Below are positions 56,301 to 64,000 of a DNA stretch of 64,000 bases, piece after piece (the first letter of the stretch is position 1; the number at the start of each line of letters is the position of its first letter). The DNA comes from Kineococcus xinjiangensis. Its GTDB lineage: Bacteria; Actinomycetota; Actinomycetes; Actinomycetales; Kineococcaceae. The notes below the pieces were generated by a model, which did no database searches, had not been told where the DNA came from, and worked only from the letters and a program-made list of their open reading frames with translations. The stretch spans positions 445,041 to 509,040 of the forward strand of contig NZ_PTJD01000001.1 of assembly GCF_002934625.1 (NCBI RefSeq). Reading direction: 5' to 3'. A program made the translations under genes and the position numbers.

Positions 56301-56400
56301 TGAGGGCGCCGACGAGGATGGCCACCGTGGGGACGAGCGGTCCCCGGCGTCGGCGGCGCAGGACGGGGCGGGACGTTGGCCCGCGGGACTCGAAGCTCAC
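53350..56400 (-). CDS. UPF0182-family large membrane protein (Rv3193c-like)
   Basis: 1016 aa. About seven N-terminal TM helices are followed by a large extracytoplasmic domain and an Ala/Glu/Pro-rich C-terminal tail. It is collinear with UPF0182 proteins of actinobacteria. Confidence 0.85.
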   Translation of the reverse strand: MSFESRGPTSRPVLRRRRRGPLVPTVAILVGALIAVVVGARILTDVWWFDQLGFLSVFTKRLWLQIGLFLAGGTLMAAAVGVTLSLAYRSRPIYAPISTEQAGLDRYRESLEPLRRLVTLALSLGAGLFGATVASAQWETALLWWNRVEWGTTDPQFQLDYGFYVFTLPWIQFVVSFLTAVVVLAGIAALATHYLYGGLRLAGGGPRTTREARIHLALLGAAFLLLRGVGYWLDRYQLMTSESANVSIRSVGVVGPTYTDVNAVLPAKAILAVASILVAMLFIAAAAGASWRLPAAGTTLLVISAVAVGGIYPAAVQRFRVQPSAATVEAPFLERNIEATRAAYDLADTQVNQYIPDTEAQPGQLRNDAGTIPGIRLLDPALLSPTYRQLEQVRPYYAFPDALDVDRYRIDGVVRDTVIAPREVSLRGLNPSQRNWINDHTVYTHGYGMVGAYGNERTPDGRPVFFERGLSTSPELGEYQPRIYFGEQSPAYSIVGAGEGAPPTELDYPNESPEGYARNTYEGEGGVRMGSFFARAAYAINFADQNILLSDRVNPQSRIMYDRHPRERVEKVAPWLTLDGDPYAAVVGDRIVWIIDAYTTTADYPYSATTELGEATQDTRTGNAQSVQALQDRTVNYVRNSVKATVDAYDGKVTLYAWDEEDPMLKAWMKAFPTSVEPLSAISGDLMQHLRYPQDMFKVQRDVLGRYHVTDPQSFYTQQDFWEVPNDPTGGEADAAAEPPYYLTLRMPGQEDESFSLTSTYIPRQTGANQRNVLTGYLAVDADAGGVEGEKREGYGTMRLLQLPRETAVSGPGQVQANIVSSPLVANEIRLLSQGESQVLYGNLLTLPVGGGFLYVEPVYGQSRSGVTYPQLRKVAVVFGDKIGFANTLPEALDQVFGGDSGVATPDLGEPGPEGPEGEPGVPPDAQAQLDTALQDARKAIQDSAAALQAGDFAAYGEAQERLGQAVDRAIAAEDRIAAATGAPAEGADVPAEGAAAPTDAASPAADPEGTATAGS

Positions 56401-56584
56401 GACATCGCAACTTACAAGCCGCCGGGCGGGTGCCCCGCCTGACGAGTCGTATCCATATCGTCACATTGCGTCTGCGGGCCCCTCGCGCGCCACCCGAGAC
56501 GGTGCCGGGCCGTCGTCGGATCTTCACACGCAGTGGTGGACAGGAGGCTCCGGAGCGCCCCGCGCGCGTGTCACCATCGCTTGC

Positions 56585-57166
56585 GTGACCGATCCGCAAC
56601 CCACTGCACCCACCCTCGCGCTCCCCGTCGGGGCGCTGTGGCAGACCGTCGCCGAGATCGAGCGGCACGTCGCCGCCGCCGGCTGGGGAGCACCGGTGCG
56701 CCTCTTCGCCCTCGTCCGCACCGCCGAGGCGCTGAGCCGCGACCCCTTCCTCGCCGAGCGCCTCCCCGCCGACGTCGTCGAGGCCGCCGAGCGGGACCCC
56801 GCCCACCTGACCTCCGTCGAGCAGGAGGGCCTGCCCGCGGAGCAGGACCTCGACGACCTGCTCGGCCAGCTCGCCTGGGGGCCGGGCGTCGACGGCGCCG
56901 CCGTCGTCGTCGAGCGCCTCCTCGTCCCGCCGGACGCCGCGGCCGACGTCCGCGCCAGCCACCCCGCCGACGACGAGGCCCGCGTCGCCGCCCTCGCCGC
57001 CCACCCGCAGGCGGAGGACGTCCGCATCGCCGTGGGCGTCCTGCGCGACGGCCGGCACGAGTGCGTCGTGCGCAGCCGGTCCAAGGACCGCGACATCGAC
57101 GTGGCCACCGGGGCCGACCTCGTGCCCGGCCTCGTCGCGGCGCTGCAGGCGACCCTCACCGACTGA
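56585..57166 (+). CDS. conserved hypothetical protein (actinobacterial)
   Basis: 193 aa, divergent from the UPF0182 gene. GTG start at 56585. No motif recognised. Confidence 0.5.
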   Translation: MTDPQPTAPTLALPVGALWQTVAEIERHVAAAGWGAPVRLFALVRTAEALSRDPFLAERLPADVVEAAERDPAHLTSVEQEGLPAEQDLDDLLGQLAWGPGVDGAAVVVERLLVPPDAAADVRASHPADDEARVAALAAHPQAEDVRIAVGVLRDGRHECVVRSRSKDRDIDVATGADLVPGLVAALQATLTD

Positions 57167-57214
57167 CACCCCCACCCCCGACGGCCCACGGCCGGGGCCC
57201 TCGCGCCCCGGCCG

Positions 57215-58267
57215 TCAGCCCGGGCAGCGCGGCAGGTCGTCCACCTCGCCGCGCCCGATGGCCTCCACCGCCCGCCGGGCCTCCCCCAGGGTGGAGACCG
57301 GCACCAGCCGCAGCCCGTCCGGCACCACGCCCGCGACCTCCGCGCACTCGGCGGCGGGCGCGAGGAAGAACTCCACGCCCGCCTCCCTGGCCCCGATGAG
57401 CTTCTGGCGCAGCCCGCCGATGACGCCCACCTGCCCGTCCGGGGAGATGGAGCCCGTGCCCGCCACCTGCCGGCCGCCCGTCATCGCGCCGGGGGTGAGC
57501 CGGTCCACCACGGCCAGGGCGAACATCAGCCCCGCGCTGGGGCCGATGACGTCGGCGAGGGCGAACTCCACCTCGAAGGGCATGACGTACGGGGAGAGCA
57601 CGACCCCCAGCCGCGGGGACCCGTCCGGTCCCTCCTGGACGGGGGCCCGCACCTCGGTCTCCCGCCCGTCCCGGCGCACCAGCAGGCTCAGCTCCCCGCC
57701 CGCGCCGGCGCCGGCGACCGCCCCGCGCAGGTCCGCCACCTCGCTCACGGGCTCTCCCTCGGCGCTGAGGAGCACGTCGCCGCGGCGCAGCCCCTCCTCC
57801 ACGGTGCCCGGCGCGGCGCGGGCGACGACGAGCCCCTCCTCCACGTCGATGCCGAGCTCGGCCAGGGCGGCCACCTTCGCCGCCTCCTGGGAGCCGGTCA
57901 TCTCCGCCGCCCCCTGCTCGTCCGCCTGCTCGGCCGTCTCGTCGCGGCCGTAGAGCTGCTCGCGGCGCAGCAGGGAGACGTCCGGGTCGACCCATGCGGA
58001 GAGGAGCTCGGGCAGGGCGAGCTCCGAACCGGGGCCACCCGCCACGGACACCGTCGTCAGGTGCAGGGAACCGGTCGTGGGGTGGGTCTCGCGCCCGGTG
58101 ATCGTCAGCACCGGCTCGCCGTCCTTGCGCCCCAGCGTGTCGTGGACCGAGCCGGGACCGAGGGAGACGTAGGGCACGGGCAGCAGGGCCGCCGTCGCCA
58201 CCAGGAGCGCGAGGCCCATCGCGGAGCCCGCCAGCAGGTCCCCGCGCCGCTGCCCGGACGCGTCCAT
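57215..58267 (-). CDS. PDZ domain protein with a Lon-protease-like (S16) C-terminal domain (YlbL / Rv3194c-like)
   Basis: An N-terminal TM helix, a PDZ domain (GDVLLSAEGEPVSEVADL) and a Lon-C domain (GPSAGLMFALAV...ISPDGQVGVIGG) are present. The start is either MDASG at 58267 or 30 nt upstream. Confidence 0.75.
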   Translation of the reverse strand: MDASGQRRGDLLAGSAMGLALLVATAALLPVPYVSLGPGSVHDTLGRKDGEPVLTITGRETHPTTGSLHLTTVSVAGGPGSELALPELLSAWVDPDVSLLRREQLYGRDETAEQADEQGAAEMTGSQEAAKVAALAELGIDVEEGLVVARAAPGTVEEGLRRGDVLLSAEGEPVSEVADLRGAVAGAGAGGELSLLVRRDGRETEVRAPVQEGPDGSPRLGVVLSPYVMPFEVEFALADVIGPSAGLMFALAVVDRLTPGAMTGGRQVAGTGSISPDGQVGVIGGLRQKLIGAREAGVEFFLAPAAECAEVAGVVPDGLRLVPVSTLGEARRAVEAIGRGEVDDLPRCPG

Positions 58268-58433
58268 CCCCGCAGCGTAGGCGAGCCCGCACCGCACGCA
58301 GCCCGCGCCCCACCTGCTGCCCGGCGCCCGGAACCGTCATCATGGTTCGGAGCATCCGGCGGAAGACCCCGAGGGGAACTCCCACCACCTGTCAGCGGTT
58401 GAGCGGACGACGGCGAGCAACGGAGGAACCGGC

Positions 58434-59990
58434 GTGGACGAGCGACGCGACGACGAGCAGGAGCGCCCCGAGGACGGCGAGCAGCAGAGCCCGCGCCCCT
58501 CCCAGCCGGGCTTCGGCCCCCCCGGCAGCCTTCCCGGCCGCCTCAGCGGCGGCGGTGGGGACCAGGGCGCCAACCCCTTCGAGGAGCTGTTCGGCTCGCT
58601 CTTCGGGGGCAACCTGCCGCCGGACTTCCCGGCCGGCGCGTTCCCCGGCGGCCTGCCGGGCGGGATGCCCCCCGGCCTCCCCGGGTTCGGCGGCACGCCC
58701 CTGGACCCGCAGCAGATGGGGCAGGTCCTGGCCCAGCTGCAGCGCTTCCTCGCCGGCAGCGGCGACTCGCCGGTGAACTGGGACCTGGCCCGCGACATCG
58801 CCCGCAAGGCCGCCAGCGGCGAGGGCGACCCGAGCCCCGGCGCGGCGGACCGCCGCGCCGTCGAGGACGCGCTGCGCGTCGCCGAGCTCTGGCTGGACGG
58901 GGTGACCGAGCTCGCCGCCGCCGGCTCCAGCACGGAGTCGTGGAGCCGGGCGGACTGGATCGAGCGGACGATGCCCGTCTGGACGCGCCTCGTCGAGCCC
59001 GTCGCCACGACCGTCTCAGCCGCAATGGCCGAGGCCCTCACCTCCCAGGCCCCGCCCGAGCTGGCCGCGATGATCGGCCCGGCGAGCGGGATGCTGCGGC
59101 AGGTCGGCGGTGGCATCTTCGGGATGCAGCTCGGGCAGGCGGTGGGCGCCCTGTCCGGGGAGGTCCTCTGCTCCACCGACATCGGCCTGCCGCTCGCACC
59201 GGCCGGCCGGGCGGCGCTCCTGCCCGCCAACCTCGCGGCCTTCGCCGACGGCCTGGAGATCCCCCTCGACGAGGTCCGCCGCTACATCGCGCTGCGGGAG
59301 GCCGCGCACGCCCGCCTGTTCGCGCAGGTGCCGTGGCTGCGCTCCCACCTCGTCGGGGCGGTCGAGGCGTTCGCACGCGGCATCCGCGTCGACGTCGAGC
59401 GCATCAGCGAGGCGGCGCGCGACGTCGACCCCGCCAACCCCGAGTCGCTGCAGGAGGCGCTGTCCTCCGGCGTCTTCGAGCCGGAGAACACCCCGGAGCA
59501 GAAGGTCGCGCTGGAGCGGCTCGAGTCCACGCTGGCCCTGGTGGAGGGCTGGGTCGACCACGTGGTCGACGCCGCGGCCCGGCGCGCCCTGCCGCACGCC
59601 CCGGCGCTGCGGGAGACGATGCGCCGCCGACGCGCCAGCGGGGGCCCCGCCGAGCACGCGCTCGGTGTGCTCGTCGGCCTGGAGCTGCGCCCGCGCCGGG
59701 CGCGGGAGGCCGCGGCCCTGTGGGCGCTCCTGGAGGAGCGCGGCGGCCGGGAGGCGCGCGACTCGGTGTGGCAGCACCCGGACCTGCTGCCCACGGCGGA
59801 GGACCTGGCCGCGGCCGAGGGCTTCGTCGCGCGCAGCACCGGCGGCAGCGAGGGGCAGCCGGAGGGTGACGCCATGGACGCCGCCCTGGCGCAGCTGCTC
59901 GACGACGAGGCCGCCGGCGGCGAGCGCGGGGACGGCGGCGAACCGGCTTCCGAGGAGGACGAGGGCCCGGAGGGCCCGTCGGCGCGGTGA
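58434..59990 (+). CDS. Pro/Gly-rich protein with a DUF2342-like putative zinc-metalloprotease domain (Rv3192-like)
   Basis: The N-terminal low-complexity region is Pro/Gly-rich. The C-terminal roughly 380 aa is a conserved domain of unknown fold. Placement next to the UPF0182 and PDZ-LonC genes mirrors mycobacteria. The family assignment is tentative. Confidence 0.5.
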   Translation: MDERRDDEQERPEDGEQQSPRPSQPGFGPPGSLPGRLSGGGGDQGANPFEELFGSLFGGNLPPDFPAGAFPGGLPGGMPPGLPGFGGTPLDPQQMGQVLAQLQRFLAGSGDSPVNWDLARDIARKAASGEGDPSPGAADRRAVEDALRVAELWLDGVTELAAAGSSTESWSRADWIERTMPVWTRLVEPVATTVSAAMAEALTSQAPPELAAMIGPASGMLRQVGGGIFGMQLGQAVGALSGEVLCSTDIGLPLAPAGRAALLPANLAAFADGLEIPLDEVRRYIALREAAHARLFAQVPWLRSHLVGAVEAFARGIRVDVERISEAARDVDPANPESLQEALSSGVFEPENTPEQKVALERLESTLALVEGWVDHVVDAAARRALPHAPALRETMRRRRASGGPAEHALGVLVGLELRPRRAREAAALWALLEERGGREARDSVWQHPDLLPTAEDLAAAEGFVARSTGGSEGQPEGDAMDAALAQLLDDEAAGGERGDGGEPASEEDEGPEGPSAR

Positions 59991-60550
59991 GCTGGCTGCC
60001 GGGGGCGGGTCTCGTCGCGGACGCCCGCGCCCGCATCGGCGCCGCCCCCGGCGACACCCCCGAGGCGAGGTTCGAGCGGGACGCGTGGGCGGCGCTGCTC
60101 GACACCACCGGCCCGGCGCTGCTCACCCGCGCAGCGGCACCGGCGCACGTGACCTCCTCGGCGCTGCTGGTCACGCCCGAGGGGCACCGCACGTGTCTCG
60201 TCCTGCACGCGCGCATGCGCCTGTGGGTGCAGCCCGGCGGTCACCTCGAGGCCGGGGACACCTCGCTCGCCGGTGCCGCCGCACGGGAGCTGGCGGAGGA
60301 GACGGGGCTGCGCGCCGACGTCCGGCCGCGGCCGCTGGCGCTGTCGCGGCACCGGGCGCCGTGCCGGCCCGCGGAGGTGGACTGGCACCTCGACGTGCAG
60401 CACCTGGCGGTGGCGCCGGAGACGCCCCCGGCGGTGAGCCCGGAGTCCCTGCACGTGGCGTGGTGGGACGTCGACGACCTCCCCGCCGACCTCGCACCCG
60501 GGGTCGCCGGCCTGGTGGCCCTCGCGGCCGGCGCCGTCAGCACGCCCTGA
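59987..60550 (+). CDS. NUDIX hydrolase
   Basis: The Nudix box GGHLEAGDTSLAGAAARELAEETGL matches Gx5Ex7REUxEExGU. The start overlaps the upstream stop. Confidence 0.8.
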   Translation: MSWLPGAGLVADARARIGAAPGDTPEARFERDAWAALLDTTGPALLTRAAAPAHVTSSALLVTPEGHRTCLVLHARMRLWVQPGGHLEAGDTSLAGAAARELAEETGLRADVRPRPLALSRHRAPCRPAEVDWHLDVQHLAVAPETPPAVSPESLHVAWWDVDDLPADLAPGVAGLVALAAGAVSTP

Positions 60551-60554
60551 GCCG

Positions 60555-61217
60555 TCAGCGCGCCCTGACCCGCTCCCGGGGGCGTTCCGCCACGAGGACG
60601 TCGCCGGCGGTGTCGGCGGGCTCGGGGGCCGCGGCGGGCGGGGCGGCGCCGAGCCCCTGCCCGTCCTCCGGGCAGGTCCGCTCGTCGAGGTCGTCGGAGT
60701 CGGGGTGCTCCCCGCCCCCGGCACAGGCTTCGCGGTGGTCGACGCCCTGGAGGAACCCCCGCGCCCGCTCGGTGCGGGGGTAGTTCTCCAGCAGCGCCCA
60801 GAAGCGGGGGCCGTGGCCGGGGACGACCAGGTGCGCCAGCTCGTGGAGCAGGACGTAGTCGAGGACCCAGCCGGGCATGCCGCGCAGGCGGGTCGAGAGC
60901 CGGATCGTCCCGTCACCCGGTGTGCAGGAACCCCATCGGGCCTGCTGGTTGTCGACCCATGCCACGCTGCGGGGCCGCGCCACCCCGGCCAGGTAGCGGC
61001 GGGACAGCTCCGCCGCCCGGCTCGCGAGCTCTTCGTCGGCCGGCCTGCGCCGGCGGTCGGCCGCAGCCAGCCGCTCCAGCATCCGGCCGACCCACAGCTC
61101 CTCCTCGGAGGCGGAGAAGCGCGCGGGGATGAGCACGACGGTGCGACCGCCGTCGCGGTACGCAGACACCGTGCGGCTGCGCCGGCGGCTGCGGCGCACC
61201 TCTACGCCGTCCTCCAC
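60555..61217 (-). CDS. DUF45/YgjP-type (M48-like) zinc metallopeptidase-fold protein
   Basis: A zinc motif HELAHL sits in the context LLHELAHLVVPGHGPRFWALLENYP, which is characteristic of YgjP/WLM-like proteins. Confidence 0.75.
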   Translation of the reverse strand: MEDGVEVRRSRRRSRTVSAYRDGGRTVVLIPARFSASEEELWVGRMLERLAAADRRRRPADEELASRAAELSRRYLAGVARPRSVAWVDNQQARWGSCTPGDGTIRLSTRLRGMPGWVLDYVLLHELAHLVVPGHGPRFWALLENYPRTERARGFLQGVDHREACAGGGEHPDSDDLDERTCPEDGQGLGAAPPAAAPEPADTAGDVLVAERPRERVRAR

Positions 61218-61426
61218 GCAGGCACGCTACCCTGCGCGCCCGCTGCGGCACCTGCACACGCCGCGGCGTGGCGGCCCCGGGGTGTCGCACCGGGGTGTCG
61301 GTGCCGCGCCCACGGGCCGCCTCGGGGGCCCTTCGCTAGGGTGACCGGACCGGTGCCGACGGTGATCCGGTGATGAGGACCTGTCCGGACACCGTCGAGC
61401 ACGACGGCAGAACCGAGGAGAACGAG

Positions 61427-61582
61427 ATGTCTGAGACCTACAAGGGCGAGTTCTACTGCGTGAAGTGCAAGGAGAAGCGCGAGGCCGAGGGCAACGTCGT
61501 GGAGACCAACGGCCGCCGGATGGCCAAGGGGCAGTGCCCCGTCTGCGGCACCAACCTCAACCGCATCCTCGGCAAGGCGTGA
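61427..61582 (+). CDS. small zinc-ribbon protein (DUF5679-like)
   Basis: 51 aa with two CxxC pairs (CVKCKEK...CPVCGTN). GGAGG lies upstream of the ATG at 61427. It is a conserved actinobacterial micro-protein. Confidence 0.6.
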   Translation: MSETYKGEFYCVKCKEKREAEGNVVETNGRRMAKGQCPVCGTNLNRILGKA

Positions 61583-61660
61583 CCCCCGGCGCGAGGTGAT
61601 CCCCGGTGCCGTCCGGGCGCCGCTCCGGGCAGCCGGCTGTGGACGGCGGCGGGAGCGGCG

Positions 61661-62791
61661 GTGCCCGCGCTGCCAGGCTGCGCCTCCACGTCGGAGGGAG
61701 CAGCCGTGCGCTCGGCACCGCCACCAGCAACACCCCCGCTCGCCCGTCTGCGCGGCGGTCTCGCCGTGCTGTGGCGCCCGGACGGGAGCGTCCAGCTGGG
61801 CACCAGCCCCCGCTCCAGCCTGCTGCTGCGGGGACTGACCCCGCCGCAGCGCGCGTGCCTGGCGACCCTCGCCGGTGCGCCGGGCCCGGGAGCGCCCACG
61901 CCGGCCGCCGGGCAGGGGACCCTCCCGGGGCCGGGGAGCGGAGCGAGCCTCCTGGCACTGCTGCGGGAGAGCGGTGCCCTCGACTCGGAGGGCACCGCCG
62001 GCGCGGGGCACCACCCGTCGCCGCAGCGGTGGGTGGCCGACGGGCGGGCCTGGGCGGCGGCGCACCCCGCCGGGCCCCGTCCGGCCGAGCGCCTCGCCCG
62101 CCGCCGCGCCCATCGCGTGACCGTCCTCGGGGGTGGACGCACCGGCACGGGCATCGCGACGACCCTCGCCGCAGCAGGGATCGGCGGCGTGGAGGTCGTC
62201 GACCGGACTCGCGCGCAGGCGCTGGACGTGGCGCCCGTCGCCGCGGCGGCCCCGGACCTCGGCGGCAGCCGGTCCCTCGCGGCCCACCGCGCCGTCGTGC
62301 GAGCCGCCGAAGGCTTCGCACCCCCACCCACCGCCACGCACGACCGCGGGCAGCCGGACGTGGTCGTCCTCGTGCAGCGGGGCGCCGCGGACGCCAGCGC
62401 GGCCGACGGGCTGGTGGCCGAGGGGATCCCCCACCTGTCCGTGGTGGTGCGCGACAGCGACGTGCTCGTCGGCCCGTTCGTGGTGCCGGGGACGACACCG
62501 TGCCTGCGCTGCCTGGACCTGCACCGCACCGACCTCGACCCCGGCTGGCCGCACGTGGTCACCCAGCTGCCCGCGGCGCCGCCGCAGCGCTGCCCGGCGG
62601 AGGAGACCGCTACGGCCACGGCGGTCGCGGGGTTGGCGTCGCTGCAGGTGCTGGCCCACGTCGACGGGGCCCCGGTGAGTTCGCAGGGGGCGACGCTGGA
62701 ACTGCTGGTCCCCGAGACGGTGGTGCGCAGGCGCCCCTGGTCGGTCCACCCCCAGTGCGGCTGCACCGAGCTGCCCGTGCCCGGGACCTGA
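61661..62791 (+). CDS. ThiF/MoeB-like dinucleotide-binding protein with an N-terminal extension and CxxC motifs
   Basis: A Rossmann motif in VTVLGGGRTGTGIATTLAAAGIGGVEVVD resembles the ThiF/E1-like ATP-binding fold. A downstream CLRC and a C-terminal CGC are present. An N-terminal domain of about 130 aa has unknown function. The start is uncertain. Confidence 0.5.
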   Translation: MPALPGCASTSEGAAVRSAPPPATPPLARLRGGLAVLWRPDGSVQLGTSPRSSLLLRGLTPPQRACLATLAGAPGPGAPTPAAGQGTLPGPGSGASLLALLRESGALDSEGTAGAGHHPSPQRWVADGRAWAAAHPAGPRPAERLARRRAHRVTVLGGGRTGTGIATTLAAAGIGGVEVVDRTRAQALDVAPVAAAAPDLGGSRSLAAHRAVVRAAEGFAPPPTATHDRGQPDVVVLVQRGAADASAADGLVAEGIPHLSVVVRDSDVLVGPFVVPGTTPCLRCLDLHRTDLDPGWPHVVTQLPAAPPQRCPAEETATATAVAGLASLQVLAHVDGAPVSSQGATLELLVPETVVRRRPWSVHPQCGCTELPVPGT

Positions 62792-62920
62792 CCGGCATCC
62801 CCGTCAGGCGCCGGCGTCGCTCAGGCCCGCGGACCGGGCGCAGCTCCTGTCCCCCTCGCGCCGGATCCCCTCGCCGCCCGGCGCGGAAGCGCTGCGCGGC
62901 AGGAGGATCCGGCGTGCGGG

Positions 62921-63127
62921 TCAGGCGTGCGCGAAGCGGACCTCGAGCTCCGCCTCGACGGCGGCCGCCTCTGCCCGCTCGGCGCGGCGGACCGCGCGCT
63001 CCGCGCGGCGGGCCGCGACGTCGGCGCGCCGCCGGGCACGCAGGGTGCGCACCAGCCGGGCCCGTTCGGCGTTGCGGCGCTGCTCGGCCTGCATGGTTCT
63101 GATGGTTTCGTCCAACAGCACGTGCAC
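62921..63127 (-). CDS. possible small Arg/Ala-rich coiled-coil protein (68 aa) downstream of whiB7
   Basis: A GTG at 63127 is preceded by GGAGG. The frame is open to 62921. Composition is extremely Arg/Ala/Glu-rich, so this could also be a GC-artefact ORF. Confidence 0.3.
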   Translation of the reverse strand: MHVLLDETIRTMQAEQRRNAERARLVRTLRARRRADVAARRAERAVRRAERAEAAAVEAELEVRFAHA

Positions 63128-63260
63128 GGTGGAACTCCTCTGTCGTGGGTGGACCCCGGCCGGGGCCCTGCGGATCCGGGGCCGGCGGAGCCCTGGACGG
63201 CTCCGCCGGCGGTGGTGCTGACGGACGTGACTCCCTGCCCGGTGGCCGGGCGGGTTCCCG

Positions 63261-63557
63261 TCACGCCGCGACGTCGACCTTGCGGGGACGGCCACGGGGC
63301 CGCTTGCGCGGGACGACGGCGCCGGCGACGAGCAGCTCGCCGCCCCAGACGCCCCAGGGCTCGTTGCGGGCGACCGCACCCTCGAGGCACTGCACCCGCA
63401 GCGGGCAGTCGCCGCAGAGCGCCTTGGCGCGCTCGACGTCGGCGGGGGACTCGGCGAACCAGAGCTCCGCGTCGTTGCGCCGGCACGGCAGATCGGTTGC
63501 GAGAGAACAGGTCTGGATGTCGTCGACAGCGAGGTCGAGCATTGCGACGAGCGGCAT
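63261..63557 (-). CDS. whiB7: WhiB7-type transcriptional regulator (Wbl with C-terminal AT-hook)
   Basis: The four-Cys Fe-S motif is present (C...C-x22-CGDC-x5-C). The G(V/I)WGG turn appears as PWGVWGG. The C-terminal AT-hook RGRPRK, diagnostic for WhiB7, is present. The ATG at 63557 is preceded by GAGGAGG. An in-frame open upstream region is treated as leader, not as coding sequence. Confidence 0.85.
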   Translation of the reverse strand: MPLVAMLDLAVDDIQTCSLATDLPCRRNDAELWFAESPADVERAKALCGDCPLRVQCLEGAVARNEPWGVWGGELLVAGAVVPRKRPRGRPRKVDVAA

Positions 63558-63895
63558 GCCGCTCACCTCCTCGGGGTTTCGTGCGCCGTGCCCGGGACGG
63601 GCGGTCGTCCCGGTGGTGCCGTGCGGGTTCGTTCGGTGCGAGGTGCCGCGGTGCGCCGTCCTGTGCTGCGTGGTGCCGTGCGAGGCGGTGCTCCGCGGAT
63701 GGGGAGGGTGAGTGGTGGCCATGGCCGTGGTCATCGCTGTCGCCTTCTCGTCGGTCCTGCCCGGTGCCGCGGATCGCCGCCCGGTGGTTCGTGGTTCCTG
63801 GTGCTGGAGTGCTGAGTGGTGGGCCGGCAACGCAAAGAGGCCGCGGACCCGATGTCTCGGGTTCCGCGGCCTCGGAGGCTCCGGTCTGGTGGGGC

Positions 63896-64000
63896 TAGAC
63901 CGTGGTGCTCCGGAAACGACGGGTACCCGAGACGGGCTTGGGGAGGTAGGCGACGTGGCGCGTGCCGACGACGTCGAACTGCAGGCGCACCTCTCCCCCG
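63896..64000 (-). CDS. 3' end of an unidentified gene whose start lies outside the window
   Basis: An open frame ends at TAG (63898..63896) and encodes ...GEVRLQFDVVGTRHVAYLPKPVSGTRRFRSTTV. It is followed by a hairpin at 63838-63875 (ggccgcggacccg...cgggttccgcggcc) and then a T-containing tract on the minus strand. Confidence 0.3.

Noticed and set aside
61270-61300. Short direct repeat ccggggtgtcg x2 upstream of the zinc-ribbon micro-protein
   Set aside because: It is too short and isolated to call a regulatory site or mobile-element end. It may be chance in GC-rich DNA.
63558-63830. 91-codon in-frame N-terminal extension of whiB7
   Set aside because: A strong RBS sits directly before ATG 63557. 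WhiB7 proteins are about 90-130 aa and start near the first Cys. The extension is treated as leader/uORF region and flagged as a finding instead of coding sequence.

Overview
This is a 64 kb window of very high-GC actinobacterial chromosome, roughly 70-75% GC by eye. Codon usage has strong GC3 bias, and the provided ORF track is full of long antisense shadow ORFs that I discounted. Coding density is high, and many neighbouring genes have 4-nt start/stop overlaps (GTGA, ATGA, TTGA). The window is a mosaic. The conserved actinobacterial core blocks are: sucA C-terminus, a polar amino acid ABC transporter, ribosomal protein bL37, the sigH/anti-sigma pair, an SRAP abasic-site peptidase, aroA-rsgA, a VKOR-family protein, hisN, and a block of UPF0182, PDZ/Lon-C protein, NUDIX, DUF45 and whiB7 whose order resembles the Mycobacterium Rv3192-Rv3197A and Rv3221A-Rv3228 regions. 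Three accessory islands interrupt these blocks. (1) A compact biosynthetic locus: an Sfp-type PPTase start-coupled to one roughly 3,940-aa PKS/NRPS hybrid megasynthase (FAAL-ACP-KS-AT-KR-ACP-C-A-PCP-C plus an atypical C-terminal Rossmann domain), flanked by a lone zwf and a fused TrpE/TrpG (PhzE-like) chorismate-utilising enzyme. (2) A Hen1-Pnkp RNA end-healing and sealing cassette, divergent from a PAS-GGDEF-EAL gene. (3) A five-gene operon of SWIM zinc finger, DUF5691, MoxR-like AAA+ ATPase, DUF5682 and VWA proteins, with a 4-nt overlap at every junction. I know of no assigned function for the third island and regard it as the most interesting candidate system. Also present are an initiator-like tRNA-Met(CAT) next to kptA/tpt1, an orphan pilT, a flotillin, a secreted GH43-AbfB hydrolase, an ABC-2 exporter pair, several hairpin terminators and a recognisable SigH/SigR-type promoter (GGAAT-N18-GTT) upstream of sigH. 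I found no CRISPR array, IS element or rRNA gene.
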